DNA from: Alistipes sp. | GTDB lineage: Bacteria; Bacteroidota; Bacteroidia; Bacteroidales; Rikenellaceae | Direction: 5' to 3' | Assembly: GCA_017560425.1 (NCBI GenBank) | Contig: JAFZEX010000028.1 | Location: 3,736 to 67,735, forward strand | Length of the DNA: 64,000 bases | Shown: positions 49,015 through 59,130 of the stretch, piece after piece | How the letters are laid out: each line of letters starts with the position of its first letter | Numbering within the stretch: the stretch's first letter is position 1 | Made by a program: the position numbers and the translations under genes | The notes under the pieces: generated by a model | What the model saw: the letters and a program-made list of their open reading frames with translations, nothing else | Database searches by the model: none | Told to the model about the DNA's origin: nothing

Positions 49015-49139
49015 AAGAGGTTGAATAAAAAGATGTAGTTTTAGGCCTGCGAAGCTAGGAAAAAGCGGAGTTTACTTAGCGTAAATGAGCATTTTTCGGG
49101 CGAGCATAACGACAAAATAGACTTTTTATTCAGCCTCTT
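49015..49139. repeat. 125-bp palindromic element, family B copy 2
   Basis: Terminal inverted repeat AAGAGGTTGAATAAAAAG / CTTTTTATTCAGCCTCTT; core AAAAAGCGGAGTTTAC-TTAGC-GTAAATGAGCATTTTT; 5 nt from the stop codon at 49145. Confidence 0.85.
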
Positions 49140-49144
49140 TTATC

Positions 49145-49786
49145 TTAATACTCCAAACGCCAACTCAGTTCATCAACGATTATCTCCTTAGCCCTACACT
49201 CGTTCAGGCGTTCGAGCAACACGGGGATGCCGACACTTAGCGACTTATCACGGCTTGCGACATAGCACAACAGAGCCACAACGCCGTTGGCAATAAGCGC
49301 CGAGTCGGGGTTTGCTCGAACAGCATTCTCAACGGCAATAAGCGCCACCTCGGACAAGGTGCGCTCGTTGCGAGATGCTGCCATAAGTGCGGCATAGGCA
49401 ACAAGCTCGTTGCTCTCGACGGTCCACACACCCATAAGCGAGTTGATGTCATATATCTTCGACAAAAGGGCAAATGCCAACTCCTCGGCAAGTTCCGAGT
49501 TTACGATGCCACGTGCCCAAAACGGGAACTCGTGGGTATCGACCTTCGAAGGCTCGGCAAGATGGCATGCGGCAAGACGAAGCTCACGCACCTGCTGCTT
49601 AAAGAGATACTTTGCAAAGTCGTAGTCGCACTCCTCCCCTGCCACAATCTCACGCACGGTAGCAATGCTCACGCCATAGTTCAGACCATACTTCTGACCA
49701 TCACGCTGCATACTCTCCGACACCGCTCCATTCATCTGCTTGCGCAAGCGGCCGAGCAGGGATATCATGCGCTGTGTGTTGTCCAT
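49145..49786 (-). CDS. DNA alkylation repair (AlkD-like) protein
   Basis: MNGAVSESM...Y.LNYGVS and RE.RL motifs of the Bacteroidota family. Confidence 0.8.
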   Translation of the reverse strand: MDNTQRMISLLGRLRKQMNGAVSESMQRDGQKYGLNYGVSIATVREIVAGEECDYDFAKYLFKQQVRELRLAACHLAEPSKVDTHEFPFWARGIVNSELAEELAFALLSKIYDINSLMGVWTVESNELVAYAALMAASRNERTLSEVALIAVENAVRANPDSALIANGVVALLCYVASRDKSLSVGIPVLLERLNECRAKEIIVDELSWRLEY

Positions 49787-49787
49787 A

Positions 49788-50804
49788 CTAACGTGCTGGC
49801 TTTACGAAAGATACTGTGCGACCAAACTCGTAGATAGGCAACACTCGCTCAACGATAACCTCGCTGGAACCAAGACAAAGTGTCACATCAGCATTGTTTG
49901 CATAGCGATAGAACACATTGCCCTTAACATCGCTCTCAGGGTAGCTCATCTCGACAGGATTGATAACGAGCATGATAATCTCGCCTGTGAGGTCATCTTC
50001 CGAAAGCAAGCCACTTTGATTGTTGAAGCGTGCAACGGTATAACGTGCAGGAAGCATCTTAGGCTCGGGCTGTGGTGCAACCTCCTCAGCTGGCTTCTTA
50101 GCCTTCTTTGCCGACTTATCCTCAGCAGGAGCCTCGGCAGGCTCAGCAGACTCAGCAGGAACAACAGGCTCAATCTTCTCGAACTCGGCAGGCTTAACAG
50201 TAACATAGTAGCGCTGGTGGCTATATGTCACAATACGCTTGCCATAGAACAACTCCAAATACTCCTGCTCGAGGCGATCGATCTCACGAAGAGCGCTCTC
50301 GAGACCTGCGCCATAGACACCATCGCCCAACTCAGCAGTAACCAACTCGAGGCGAGCAGTGCGCAAAGCATAGATCTGTGCAGCAGCACGATCAGCAGCC
50401 TGATCAATAGTAAGATTATTCTTGCTTAGGCGGTCGGGAAGCACCTTTGGGAACTCAACAGTAGCCTCCTCTGAAAACTTCGATAGATCGACACTCTCAG
50501 GGGCGATATATGCCGAGTTCTCAGCAACAGAAACATCGCTCTCGACAATGCGATAAATTACCTTATCGACAAGTAGGGCATTAGTACCCAAGAGTCGCTG
50601 AGCATGCTTAGCATAGGGGCCAGCAACAAACTGCTCCTTCTCAACGACGATATCTACGGCAAGCGTGGTGTTAGCCTCGGCAACAACAACATTACCATTC
50701 TCGACATACGAGCCGATACGTTTCTTAACAACCTGCTGCGCCGAGCTATCAACAACAAGTGATGAGGCAACAAGCAAGAGTGCAACTAATAGTGAACGTT
50801 TCAT
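49788..50804 (-). CDS. DUF4831 family protein
   Basis: GPYAK.A..LLG, A..IY.LR..R, L.EIDRLEQEYLELF.G, IYEFG. Confidence 0.75.
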   Translation of the reverse strand: MKRSLLVALLLVASSLVVDSSAQQVVKKRIGSYVENGNVVVAEANTTLAVDIVVEKEQFVAGPYAKHAQRLLGTNALLVDKVIYRIVESDVSVAENSAYIAPESVDLSKFSEEATVEFPKVLPDRLSKNNLTIDQAADRAAAQIYALRTARLELVTAELGDGVYGAGLESALREIDRLEQEYLELFYGKRIVTYSHQRYYVTVKPAEFEKIEPVVPAESAEPAEAPAEDKSAKKAKKPAEEVAPQPEPKMLPARYTVARFNNQSGLLSEDDLTGEIIMLVINPVEMSYPESDVKGNVFYRYANNADVTLCLGSSEVIVERVLPIYEFGRTVSFVKPAR

Positions 50805-50953
50805 AATATGATATTTTGTTAATTATTTCGCAATATACAAAGATAGGCAAAATTCACAAAAAAGTGAAATTTATCTATACTTTTTAAACAATTAGACAAA
50901 AAATATAGGGCATGGCACTAAGCCACACCCTACATATTGCGAAGTTGTTACTA

Positions 50954-52645
50954 TTAAAGCGCCATGAGCATCATGAGCTGAGCAGTAAGCACTCGAAGGA
51001 ACATAACAACAGGATAAACCGTAGCATAACCAATAGCTGGCATGTCGTTACCCGACGACTGGTTTGCAAAGCCAAGTGCTGGAGGATCGGTCATAGCACC
51101 CGACATAAGACCCATCATCGTGTAGTAATTAACCTTGAACTTAAGGCGTGCGATAAGCGCCACGATGATAAGAGGAAGCACGGTGATGATAACACCATAG
51201 CCAATCCACTTGTAACCGCCATTGATGATTGCATCAACGAAGCCATCACCAGCGCCAATACCCACAGCTGCAAGGAACATTGCAAGACCAATCTCACGAA
51301 GCATGAGGTTGGCACTCATAGTGGTATAGGTAACCATCTTGAAGTGAGGACCAAAGCGACCGATAAGGATAGCCACGATAAGTGGACCACCTGCCAAGCC
51401 AAGCTTCACAGGCTGAGGAACATTCATCAATGGGAGCGAGCCGAGAAGCACACCGAGAGCAATACCGATGAAGATAGGGAAGAGATTTGGGTGGTCGAGC
51501 TTCTTGAGCGAGTTACCCAACGCCTTCTCAGCAGCAGCAACAGCAGCCTCAGGACCAACAACCATCACCTTATCACCCACCTGGAGCTCCATACCCTGAT
51601 ATGGGATAAGATCGACACCAGCACGGTGAACACGTGTGATGTTGATACCGTAACGAGTACGTAGGCGCAAGTCGGCAAAGGTCTTACCATTGACATCCTC
51701 ACGAGTAATGAGGATACGGCGTGACACCAATGGCGTAGACTGCATAGCCGTAGCACCCCACTCGTCAGCAGTCATCTCGACAGGCTTACCGAAGAATGCC
51801 AAGATAGCCTCACTATCCTCCTCAGAGCAGATGATGCGCAAGCGATCACCAATCGAGAGTTGCGAGTTACCATCAGCCATAACAATCTCGCCCGACGTGT
51901 GCATGATGCGTGACACAACAAACTGACGGTTGATAAGCATATGAGCCACAGCAATGGTCTTGCCATCGAGCATCTCGTTAGTGAACTCCACAGAGTAGCG
52001 GTGAGGGAGGTGTGTCTCCTTGCTCATGGCAGCAAGACCCTCGTCCTCCTTCTTAAAGTCGATGCGCAACACATAGCGCATGATGATCATCGACATGATA
52101 ATACCGATAACACCCAAAGGATATGCCACAGCATAGCCCAACGAGATAGAGTCTGCCAACTCCTTATTTACAGCACCACCAGCATCGGCAAATGCCTGCT
52201 GCGCAGCACCAAGACCTGGTGTGTTGGTCACCGCACCCGACATAACACCCACCATCGTTGGGAGTGGCTCACCTGTAACAAGGTGAATTACGTAGGTCGT
52301 AATAGCGCCAAGCAAGATCACGAGCGCCGCAAGCGAGATAAGCTTTAGGCCACCACTCTTGAGCGACGAGAAGAAACCTGGTCCCACCTGCAAACCAATG
52401 AAGAACACAAAGAGAATCAAGCCGAACTCTTTGATGAAGTGCAGCGTGTCGTGGTGAATAGACTCAGCACCGAGGAAATGACCAGCAACAATACCTGTAA
52501 AGAGTATCCATGTCATACCGAACGATACTCCCTTAATCTTAATTCGGCTCAAGGCAATACCCGAGGCAATTACCAAGGCGAGAATAAAGACTGTGTGTGC
52601 AATGGAGGGTCCCACTACAACAGTTTTAAGCCAAGTAAAATCCAT
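50954..52645 (-). CDS. AspT/YidE/YbjL family transporter with two TrkA-C domains
   Basis: EFGLILFVFFIGLQVGP, GAVTNTPGLGAA, YAVAYP, GAMTDPPAL, YATVYP. Confidence 0.92.
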   Translation of the reverse strand: MDFTWLKTVVVGPSIAHTVFILALVIASGIALSRIKIKGVSFGMTWILFTGIVAGHFLGAESIHHDTLHFIKEFGLILFVFFIGLQVGPGFFSSLKSGGLKLISLAALVILLGAITTYVIHLVTGEPLPTMVGVMSGAVTNTPGLGAAQQAFADAGGAVNKELADSISLGYAVAYPLGVIGIIMSMIIMRYVLRIDFKKEDEGLAAMSKETHLPHRYSVEFTNEMLDGKTIAVAHMLINRQFVVSRIMHTSGEIVMADGNSQLSIGDRLRIICSEEDSEAILAFFGKPVEMTADEWGATAMQSTPLVSRRILITREDVNGKTFADLRLRTRYGINITRVHRAGVDLIPYQGMELQVGDKVMVVGPEAAVAAAEKALGNSLKKLDHPNLFPIFIGIALGVLLGSLPLMNVPQPVKLGLAGGPLIVAILIGRFGPHFKMVTYTTMSANLMLREIGLAMFLAAVGIGAGDGFVDAIINGGYKWIGYGVIITVLPLIIVALIARLKFKVNYYTMMGLMSGAMTDPPALGFANQSSGNDMPAIGYATVYPVVMFLRVLTAQLMMLMAL

Positions 52646-52752
52646 TATTTAAATTTGAGATTTGGTTAATTGGGCGCAAAGATACAAATTATTGGTAAAT
52701 ATCTACAATATTTAACAAATATAAGAGCCCTTATTGCGCATTTAGCATAATA

Positions 52753-53205
52753 TTACATCAACAACACCAATATAGCCACGGGGATATGGCCCTCGATGGT
52801 ATAGAGAATATCGCTTGAGTAGGTCGAGCAACCCATATACACATGCCTCTTATCGTAGGTAAACAATATATCGCTGCGATAGGTTGAATTTCCTCGATAG
52901 ACATGTTGCGAGTCGTAGCTAAGGATTATATCTGACGAGTAGTTGGAGCGCCCACGATAGATGTGTTTAAGGTCGGTAGTGAGGATAATATCCGAGCTAT
53001 ATGTAGACTTGCCACTATAGACATAGCGGCCATCATACGTAAAGATAATGTCGCTCGTATAGGTAGAATTTCCACGATAGAGATACCTACCATCGTAGGT
53101 GTAGACAATATCGGAGCTATAGTGCGAGTTACCCGAGTATATCCTCGATTGGGCAAAGAGGCTCATGGGGAGCAACACTGCAAGGAGTAGCAATAAGCGT
53201 TTCAT
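52753..53205 (-). CDS. Secreted protein with six 20-aa tandem repeats and a hydrophobic C-terminus
   Basis: Repeat Y.G.S.Y.SDI..T.D x6 after a signal peptide. Confidence 0.85.
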   Translation of the reverse strand: MKRLLLLLAVLLPMSLFAQSRIYSGNSHYSSDIVYTYDGRYLYRGNSTYTSDIIFTYDGRYVYSGKSTYSSDIILTTDLKHIYRGRSNYSSDIILSYDSQHVYRGNSTYRSDILFTYDKRHVYMGCSTYSSDILYTIEGHIPVAILVLLM

Positions 53206-53381
53206 AATAGCGGGCGTTTATGCAAAGATAGCAACCATTTTTGCCAATAGCAACAATATACCTAAATAAAAGATTGCCGAGCGAGGGTTATCTATCGAAA
53301 ATTTTAGTATCTTTGCCTAAGAGTGGTGTGTGGAGCAATTTTTGAAACTCTTGCTCCTCCACCACTAAACTATAAAAGAGT

Positions 53382-54413
53382 ATGTCAATGAGCACTGTTA
53401 TTTCCATTAAGCAGAAATCCGAGATATTTGTCGGACGTGTTGAAGATGGCCTGAAGCGCTATGCACAAAACAGGCGCATCGTGGTAATCACTGATGCCAA
53501 CATCGACCGCCTATATCACGACATTATAAATAAGTACGAGCATATTATCATCGGCTATGGCGAGGGCATCAAGAACCTTATCACCGTGCAGAACATCTAT
53601 GCCCGACTAATGGAGATAGGTGCCGACCGCTCCACCCTCCTTGTCGGCATTGGTGGTGGCATAGTGACCGACATCACGGGTTTTGTTGCAACAACATACA
53701 TGCGAGGCTTGGACTTCGGCTTTGTGGCAACTACGCTGCTTGCTCAGGTCGATGCGTCGGTAGGTGGAAAGAATGGCGTTAATATTCTCAACTACAAGAA
53801 TATGGTGGGCACATTTGCACAGCCCTCGTTCGTTATTTCCGATGTTGTATTCCTACGCACGCTACCCCACCGCGAGCTCCATGCCGGCATGGGTGAGGTT
53901 GTAAAGATGGCAATCATCGGCGACGAGGAGCTCTTCAACTTTATCGAGGAGAACATATCGGCAAGTTGCTACACGAACATCGACACCATGCAGCGCATAG
54001 TCCTCGACTCGATACGCCTTAAGGCTGACATCGTCGATCGTGACGAGTGCGAGAAGGGCATACGCCGAGTGCTCAACCTTGGACACACCATTGCACACGC
54101 CATCGAGAAGTGCACACACAAGCTCAACCATGGCGAGGCTGTGGCAGTGGGTCTATCGAAGATTTCGCACATATCGAATGCGATGGGAATTCTTTCGAGC
54201 GAGGATATGCAGCGCATCGACGACCTACTCCAAAAGATAGGCTTCTCGCTCGAGATACCCGTGCCTCTTAGCGATGTAATACGTGAGGTGCGCCACGACA
54301 AGAAGAAGAGTAACAACCTACTGCGCATCGTGCTACCCGAGCGTATTGGCAGCTGCCGCATTGAGGAGATGCCACTCGGCGATGTAGAGCACATCTTAGA
54401 CTACCTCAGATAG
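53382..54413 (+). CDS. aroB: 3-dehydroquinate synthase
   Basis: GGGIVTD, TTLLAQVDASVGGKNG, KNMVG, LNLGHT, HGEAV. Confidence 0.96.
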   Translation: MSMSTVISIKQKSEIFVGRVEDGLKRYAQNRRIVVITDANIDRLYHDIINKYEHIIIGYGEGIKNLITVQNIYARLMEIGADRSTLLVGIGGGIVTDITGFVATTYMRGLDFGFVATTLLAQVDASVGGKNGVNILNYKNMVGTFAQPSFVISDVVFLRTLPHRELHAGMGEVVKMAIIGDEELFNFIEENISASCYTNIDTMQRIVLDSIRLKADIVDRDECEKGIRRVLNLGHTIAHAIEKCTHKLNHGEAVAVGLSKISHISNAMGILSSEDMQRIDDLLQKIGFSLEIPVPLSDVIREVRHDKKKSNNLLRIVLPERIGSCRIEEMPLGDVEHILDYLR

Positions 54414-54962
54414 ATGAAACGAGCATACATACTTCTTGCGGAGGGCTTCGAGGTAATCGAGGCTCTTGCTCCAATCGACATACTTAAGCGTGCTGGCGTG
54501 GAGGTTAGAAAGGTTGCCGTGGGCAGCTCACTTAGCATAACATCGTCGCACAACCATGCAACACTCCACTGCGACACACACATCAACGACACCGACCTAA
54601 GTGATGGCGACGTGTTGATACTCCCTGGCGGAAATCCCGGATACATCAACCTTCGTGAGTCGAAGGCGGTATGCCATGCTGTAAGAGAGTATTTCGAGTC
54701 GGGCAAGCTCATTGCAGCGATATGTGGTGCTCCCACGGTGCTTGCCTACGCCAATGTTGCCAAGGGCTACAACATCACATACCACAGCTCGGTGAAGGCC
54801 GAGATGGCGGAGTATAACTACGTGGCTAAGAGCATTGTAAAGCACAACAACATACTCACATCGGCAGGTGCTGGACGCTCGATAGAGTTTGGTATAGAGA
54901 TAGCAAAATGCCTTGTCGATAGCGAGACTATGTCACGTACCAAACAAGGCATGGAGCTATAG
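54414..54962 (+). CDS. DJ-1/PfpI (ThiJ/YajL-like) family protein
   Basis: GFEVIE, LPGG, AAICGAP. Confidence 0.9.
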   Translation: MKRAYILLAEGFEVIEALAPIDILKRAGVEVRKVAVGSSLSITSSHNHATLHCDTHINDTDLSDGDVLILPGGNPGYINLRESKAVCHAVREYFESGKLIAAICGAPTVLAYANVAKGYNITYHSSVKAEMAEYNYVAKSIVKHNNILTSAGAGRSIEFGIEIAKCLVDSETMSRTKQGMEL

Positions 54963-54963
54963 A

Positions 54964-57699
54964 TTAACGACGCACGAGTCGCAGAATATCGGGGATAAAT
55001 AGTATCGGCGAGGTGAGTAGCAATATCCACGCCCAATCGCTAAATGGCAGTGGCGCAACACCAAACAGATCGCCCACAAAGTTCACGATAAGCACCTGAC
55101 CCAACAAAATCACAAAGGCAATAAGCACAAAGTAGAGGCTATACGTCTCTTTGACAACCGCTGGGCGGCGCACCAAGTCCACAATATCGAGCAGAAGGCT
55201 ACGATCGGAGTAGAAATACTTGGCGTTAAACAGATTCCAGAACTGCATCACCACAAATATCGAGAAGAATACGCCGAGCTCGTAGCGTGTAAGCATGTCG
55301 GTTGCATCGTTGCCAGCCCTCATGTCATCGACAAACATACGCATCGTGTCGCCACGCACAATGTCGGCAACAGAGCTAATCTCGACATGGTGTAGCAACT
55401 GCCACAACCCCACCAACACCGCAAAGAACGCCAAGCCAAAGCCAACAATGCGACGTAGCATGCGACGGTTGATGATGTGGCTCTGAGGGTTGCGTGGAGG
55501 CTCATTCAAGACACCTCGATCTGCCGGCAACGACGAGAGCGCCATGGCAGCAAAGGTATCCATAATGAGATTTACCCAGAGCATCTGCGTAACACTAAGT
55601 GGCGACTCCAAGCCCACAAAAGCACCAAACAACACGATAAGACATGCCGAAAGGTTGATGGTCATTTGGAAGATGATGAAGCGACGAATGTTGAGATAGA
55701 GCGACCTACCCCACATAATCGCCTTATTTATACTCGCAAACGAGTTGTCGATAATCGTTATGTCGCTCGCCTCCTTAGCTCTCGACGTGCCATCGCCCAT
55801 CGACAAGCCCACCTGAGCCTTACTGAGTGCTGGGGCATCGTTCGTGCCATCACCCGTAACGGCAACCACCTCGCCATTATCTTGGAGCAACATCACAAGG
55901 CGTGCCTTGTCGTCAGGACGTGCACGAGCAATAATCCTAAGGCGCTTATCACGCAACAACTCACGAGCCTCGTCATCGCCAAGACGTGCGAACTCTGGGC
56001 CTGTGATAATCTCGCCATCGACACCCTCGATAAGTCCAAGCTGACGACCAATCTCGGCAGCAGTGCCAGGGGTGTCGCCCGTGACGATGATAACACGCAC
56101 ACCGGCATGGCTCATTGCAACATCGATAGCCTCCTTCACATCATCACGTATTGGATCGGCAATACCTACCAGACCAATAAACACAAGCTCCTCACTATTA
56201 GCATACTGCACTGCAAAGCCAAGGGTACGCATAGCGCAACTCTGATACTGTTGCAACGTCTGCTCAAGACTCGCATGTGATGCATCGCCCGCCAACTTCG
56301 AGCACATTGCCATAACAATCTCGGGAGCACCCTTCACCAAGCGAATTCTTTGCCCCGTAGTCTTATCTTCGACAAGCGACGACATAAACTTAGTCTCCGT
56401 AGAGAATGGCTGCTGCTCGATAACACGATACTTTTCTCGCAAATCTCGATAATCGACACCCACACTCTGCAACCACTTAATAAGTGCTCCTTCGGTAGGG
56501 TTGCCTATAACCACCTCTGCACCATCTTGCACACCAAGCTCGGCGGTTGAGTTCACTGCCATACAGCACTTGAACACATCGTCGAACGACTCGTCGAGAA
56601 GCAAATTCTCAACAACGGTCATTCTATTCTTGGTTAGCGTGCCTGTCTTGTCGGTACAGATGACCGTTGCAGCACCCATAGTCTCGCAAGCGTGTAGCTT
56701 ACGCACAAGGCTCTTCTCCTTGAGCATACGGCGCATGCTGAGCGCAAGGCTAACGGTGATACTCATCGGCAGACCCTCGGGCACAGCAACAACAATCAGC
56801 GTCACGGCAATCATGATTGTTGCCAACGCAAACTCGGCAATCTCGACAAACGAATACTCCGATAGTGGCGTAGGATCAAAAAATATTAGAGATATGATGC
56901 GACCTACGATGATAAGCGAGGCAATGATGAAGCTCGCCGTAGATATCCATCGTCCGAGCTGTGCAAGCTGAGCATTTAGCGGGGTCTCAACATCGCTACC
57001 CTCGCTTGCTCGTGCCACGCCACGACCCTCCTCGGTATCAACGCCGATGGCTGACACACGCATGGTGGCACGACCCTCGATGATGGTTGAGCCACGTAGC
57101 AGGAAGTTAGATGGATAGGTAGCCTCGGCATCGAATTCCTCCTCACGGAGATACTTATTTGCATAGGTCTCGCCCGTGAAGTTCGACTCATCGACACGTA
57201 GTTGCAGAGTATCAACAAGATAGCCATCAGCAGGAATCTCGTCGCCACTCTCCAAGCAGACAATATCGCCCACGACAACATCCTGCTTAGGAATAGTCAT
57301 CATCTTAGCCGATGCACCCTCCTTGGCACGACGAAGCACCTTAACGGGACGAGAGTCCTTAACCTTGTTTAGCAGGTCGAACTCCTTGCCAGCCTTAACC
57401 TCGAAGATAAAGCCCACGCCCGTAGCCAACAACAAGGCAACGAGAACACCCGAAGGCTCGAGCAGAAGGTCGAGGTCCTTACCAACTACAAATATCTCGT
57501 AGAGGGCAACGATGACCGAGAAGAAGAATACGACAAGAAGGACCACAATGATAGGGTCCTTAAACTTCTCGAGATATGCCCTCCACAAAGGCTCACGCAC
57601 AGGGGGAGGAATTATATTTTTACCTCTACCCTGCTCCACCTCCGCAGATGACGACACGAGTGCCGTACTACGATAATCTTCGGTATGTTGTGACATCAT
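54964..57699 (-). CDS. Calcium-translocating P-type ATPase (PMCA-type)
   Basis: TGE, VPEGLP, DKTGTLT, KGAPE, TGDGTNDAPAL, QMLWVNLIMDT. Confidence 0.95.
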   Translation of the reverse strand: MMSQHTEDYRSTALVSSSAEVEQGRGKNIIPPPVREPLWRAYLEKFKDPIIVVLLVVFFFSVIVALYEIFVVGKDLDLLLEPSGVLVALLLATGVGFIFEVKAGKEFDLLNKVKDSRPVKVLRRAKEGASAKMMTIPKQDVVVGDIVCLESGDEIPADGYLVDTLQLRVDESNFTGETYANKYLREEEFDAEATYPSNFLLRGSTIIEGRATMRVSAIGVDTEEGRGVARASEGSDVETPLNAQLAQLGRWISTASFIIASLIIVGRIISLIFFDPTPLSEYSFVEIAEFALATIMIAVTLIVVAVPEGLPMSITVSLALSMRRMLKEKSLVRKLHACETMGAATVICTDKTGTLTKNRMTVVENLLLDESFDDVFKCCMAVNSTAELGVQDGAEVVIGNPTEGALIKWLQSVGVDYRDLREKYRVIEQQPFSTETKFMSSLVEDKTTGQRIRLVKGAPEIVMAMCSKLAGDASHASLEQTLQQYQSCAMRTLGFAVQYANSEELVFIGLVGIADPIRDDVKEAIDVAMSHAGVRVIIVTGDTPGTAAEIGRQLGLIEGVDGEIITGPEFARLGDDEARELLRDKRLRIIARARPDDKARLVMLLQDNGEVVAVTGDGTNDAPALSKAQVGLSMGDGTSRAKEASDITIIDNSFASINKAIMWGRSLYLNIRRFIIFQMTINLSACLIVLFGAFVGLESPLSVTQMLWVNLIMDTFAAMALSSLPADRGVLNEPPRNPQSHIINRRMLRRIVGFGLAFFAVLVGLWQLLHHVEISSVADIVRGDTMRMFVDDMRAGNDATDMLTRYELGVFFSIFVVMQFWNLFNAKYFYSDRSLLLDIVDLVRRPAVVKETYSLYFVLIAFVILLGQVLIVNFVGDLFGVAPLPFSDWAWILLLTSPILFIPDILRLVRR

Positions 57700-57707
57700 A
57701 ATAATTG

Positions 57708-58166
57708 TTAGCGAATACGGTCGAGCGAGCGCACAAGCACCTCATCTTTGAATATCGCACGGCTTGCAAGATAGCTCAAAACAAGGGCAACGATTGGCAG
57801 TGGCGCAGCCCAACCAAACTGACGGTGGTCGATAGTCATACCCTCGAAGAGTCGAGAGGTGAGCCAATAGTATAACGCAATGAATATCAACGAGCCGAGG
57901 AGCAACACAATCTCAACAGCACACAAGCGCACCTGGAGTGTGCGACGCTTGAATAGGAAGATTGTGATGAATGGAAGCACTGTTGAGAGTGCAAGCAAAA
58001 TGCCGAGCCACACTGTTGAGTTTGACACATCGCCACAAGTGAGCGTAAAAGCAGTAAGCTCGTAGGTTGTGCCCTCGACTACAAATGTTGCAATAGGCAG
58101 AAATAGTGTTAGCGACATGATGGCAGCAGCCAACAAAAGATAGAGTGATTGAATACGTTGTATCAT
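57708..58166 (-). CDS. DUF4293 family membrane protein
   Basis: MIQRIQSLYLLL start and KDE.LVRSLDRIR end. Confidence 0.9.
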   Translation of the reverse strand: MIQRIQSLYLLLAAAIMSLTLFLPIATFVVEGTTYELTAFTLTCGDVSNSTVWLGILLALSTVLPFITIFLFKRRTLQVRLCAVEIVLLLGSLIFIALYYWLTSRLFEGMTIDHRQFGWAAPLPIVALVLSYLASRAIFKDEVLVRSLDRIR

Positions 58167-58179
58167 AACCTTACTTTAT

Positions 58180-59127
58180 TTATTCATATATTTGTTTGTC
58201 AATGAGATACTTATTTCTATCTGTTGAGCGACGATTAATCAACTCGCCAAGGAAGCCTGCAAGGAAGAGCATGGCACCAAGCAGTATCGCCACAAGGCTA
58301 AGATAGAACAATGGCTGGTTGGTGAGCGAGCGGCTTGCCACGAACTTCTCGATAATGATCCACACCACAGCGCCGAAGCCGAACAAGAACATCAGCGTGC
58401 CGAGGCCACCAAAGAGATACATAGGCGAGCGACCGAAGTGCGACATAAACGAGACACTGATAAGGTCGAGATAGCCCTTTATCATGCGCTCAAGGCCGAA
58501 CTTCGATTTGCCATACTTACGCTCATGGTGCTCAACAACCTTCTCGCCAATACGCTTAAAACCAGCATCCTTAGCCAAGATAGGGATATAGCGATGCATC
58601 TCGCCATAGACCTCGATAGCCTTAACCACCTTACGGCGGTAGGCCTTGAGTCCGCAGTTGAAGTCGTGGAGCTTGATGCCCGACATTAGGCGTGCTGTGA
58701 GGTTGAAGAACTTGCTTGGCCAACGCTTGCTTATAGGGTCGTGGCGCTTACGCTTCCAACCCGAAACAAGGTCGTAGCCCTCCTCCACAATCATGCGACG
58801 CATCTCGGGAATCTCGTCGGGCGAGTCCTGAAGGTCGGCATCCATGGTGAAGACCACCTCGCCACGTGCCATCTCGAAGCCACAACATAGCGCCGCCGAC
58901 TTACCATAGTTGCGCATAAAGCTAATGCCACGGATTGTCGAATACTTCGCCTTGAGCTGCTCGACAACTGCCCACGAACGGTCCGACGAGCCATCATCAA
59001 CCATGATAATCTCGTACGAAAGATTATTGGTGCGGGCTACCCTATCGATCCATTCGACAAGTTCGGGCAACGACTCCTCCTCGTTGTACAAGGGAACAAC
59101 AACAGATATGTCTAATTCTTGTTTCAT
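58180..59127 (-). CDS. Glycosyltransferase family 2 (polyprenol-phosphate, ArnC/DPM1-like)
   Basis: VVPLYNEEE, DDGSSD, MDADLQD, HDFNCGLKAY and two C-terminal TM helices. Confidence 0.93.
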   Translation of the reverse strand: MKQELDISVVVPLYNEEESLPELVEWIDRVARTNNLSYEIIMVDDGSSDRSWAVVEQLKAKYSTIRGISFMRNYGKSAALCCGFEMARGEVVFTMDADLQDSPDEIPEMRRMIVEEGYDLVSGWKRKRHDPISKRWPSKFFNLTARLMSGIKLHDFNCGLKAYRRKVVKAIEVYGEMHRYIPILAKDAGFKRIGEKVVEHHERKYGKSKFGLERMIKGYLDLISVSFMSHFGRSPMYLFGGLGTLMFLFGFGAVVWIIIEKFVASRSLTNQPLFYLSLVAILLGAMLFLAGFLGELINRRSTDRNKYLIDKQIYE

Positions 59128-59130
59128 ACT

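Noticed and set aside
52790-53150. 60-nt periodic DNA repeat as an array or DGR template
   Set aside because: Explained by protein-level repeats with synonymous divergence; no reverse transcriptase or adenine-specific variant copy seen.
49740-56280. Plus-strand ORFs of 229, 250 and 267 aa opposite DUF4831, the transporter and the Ca-ATPase
   Set aside because: They overlap confident minus-strand genes almost entirely; shadow ORFs.
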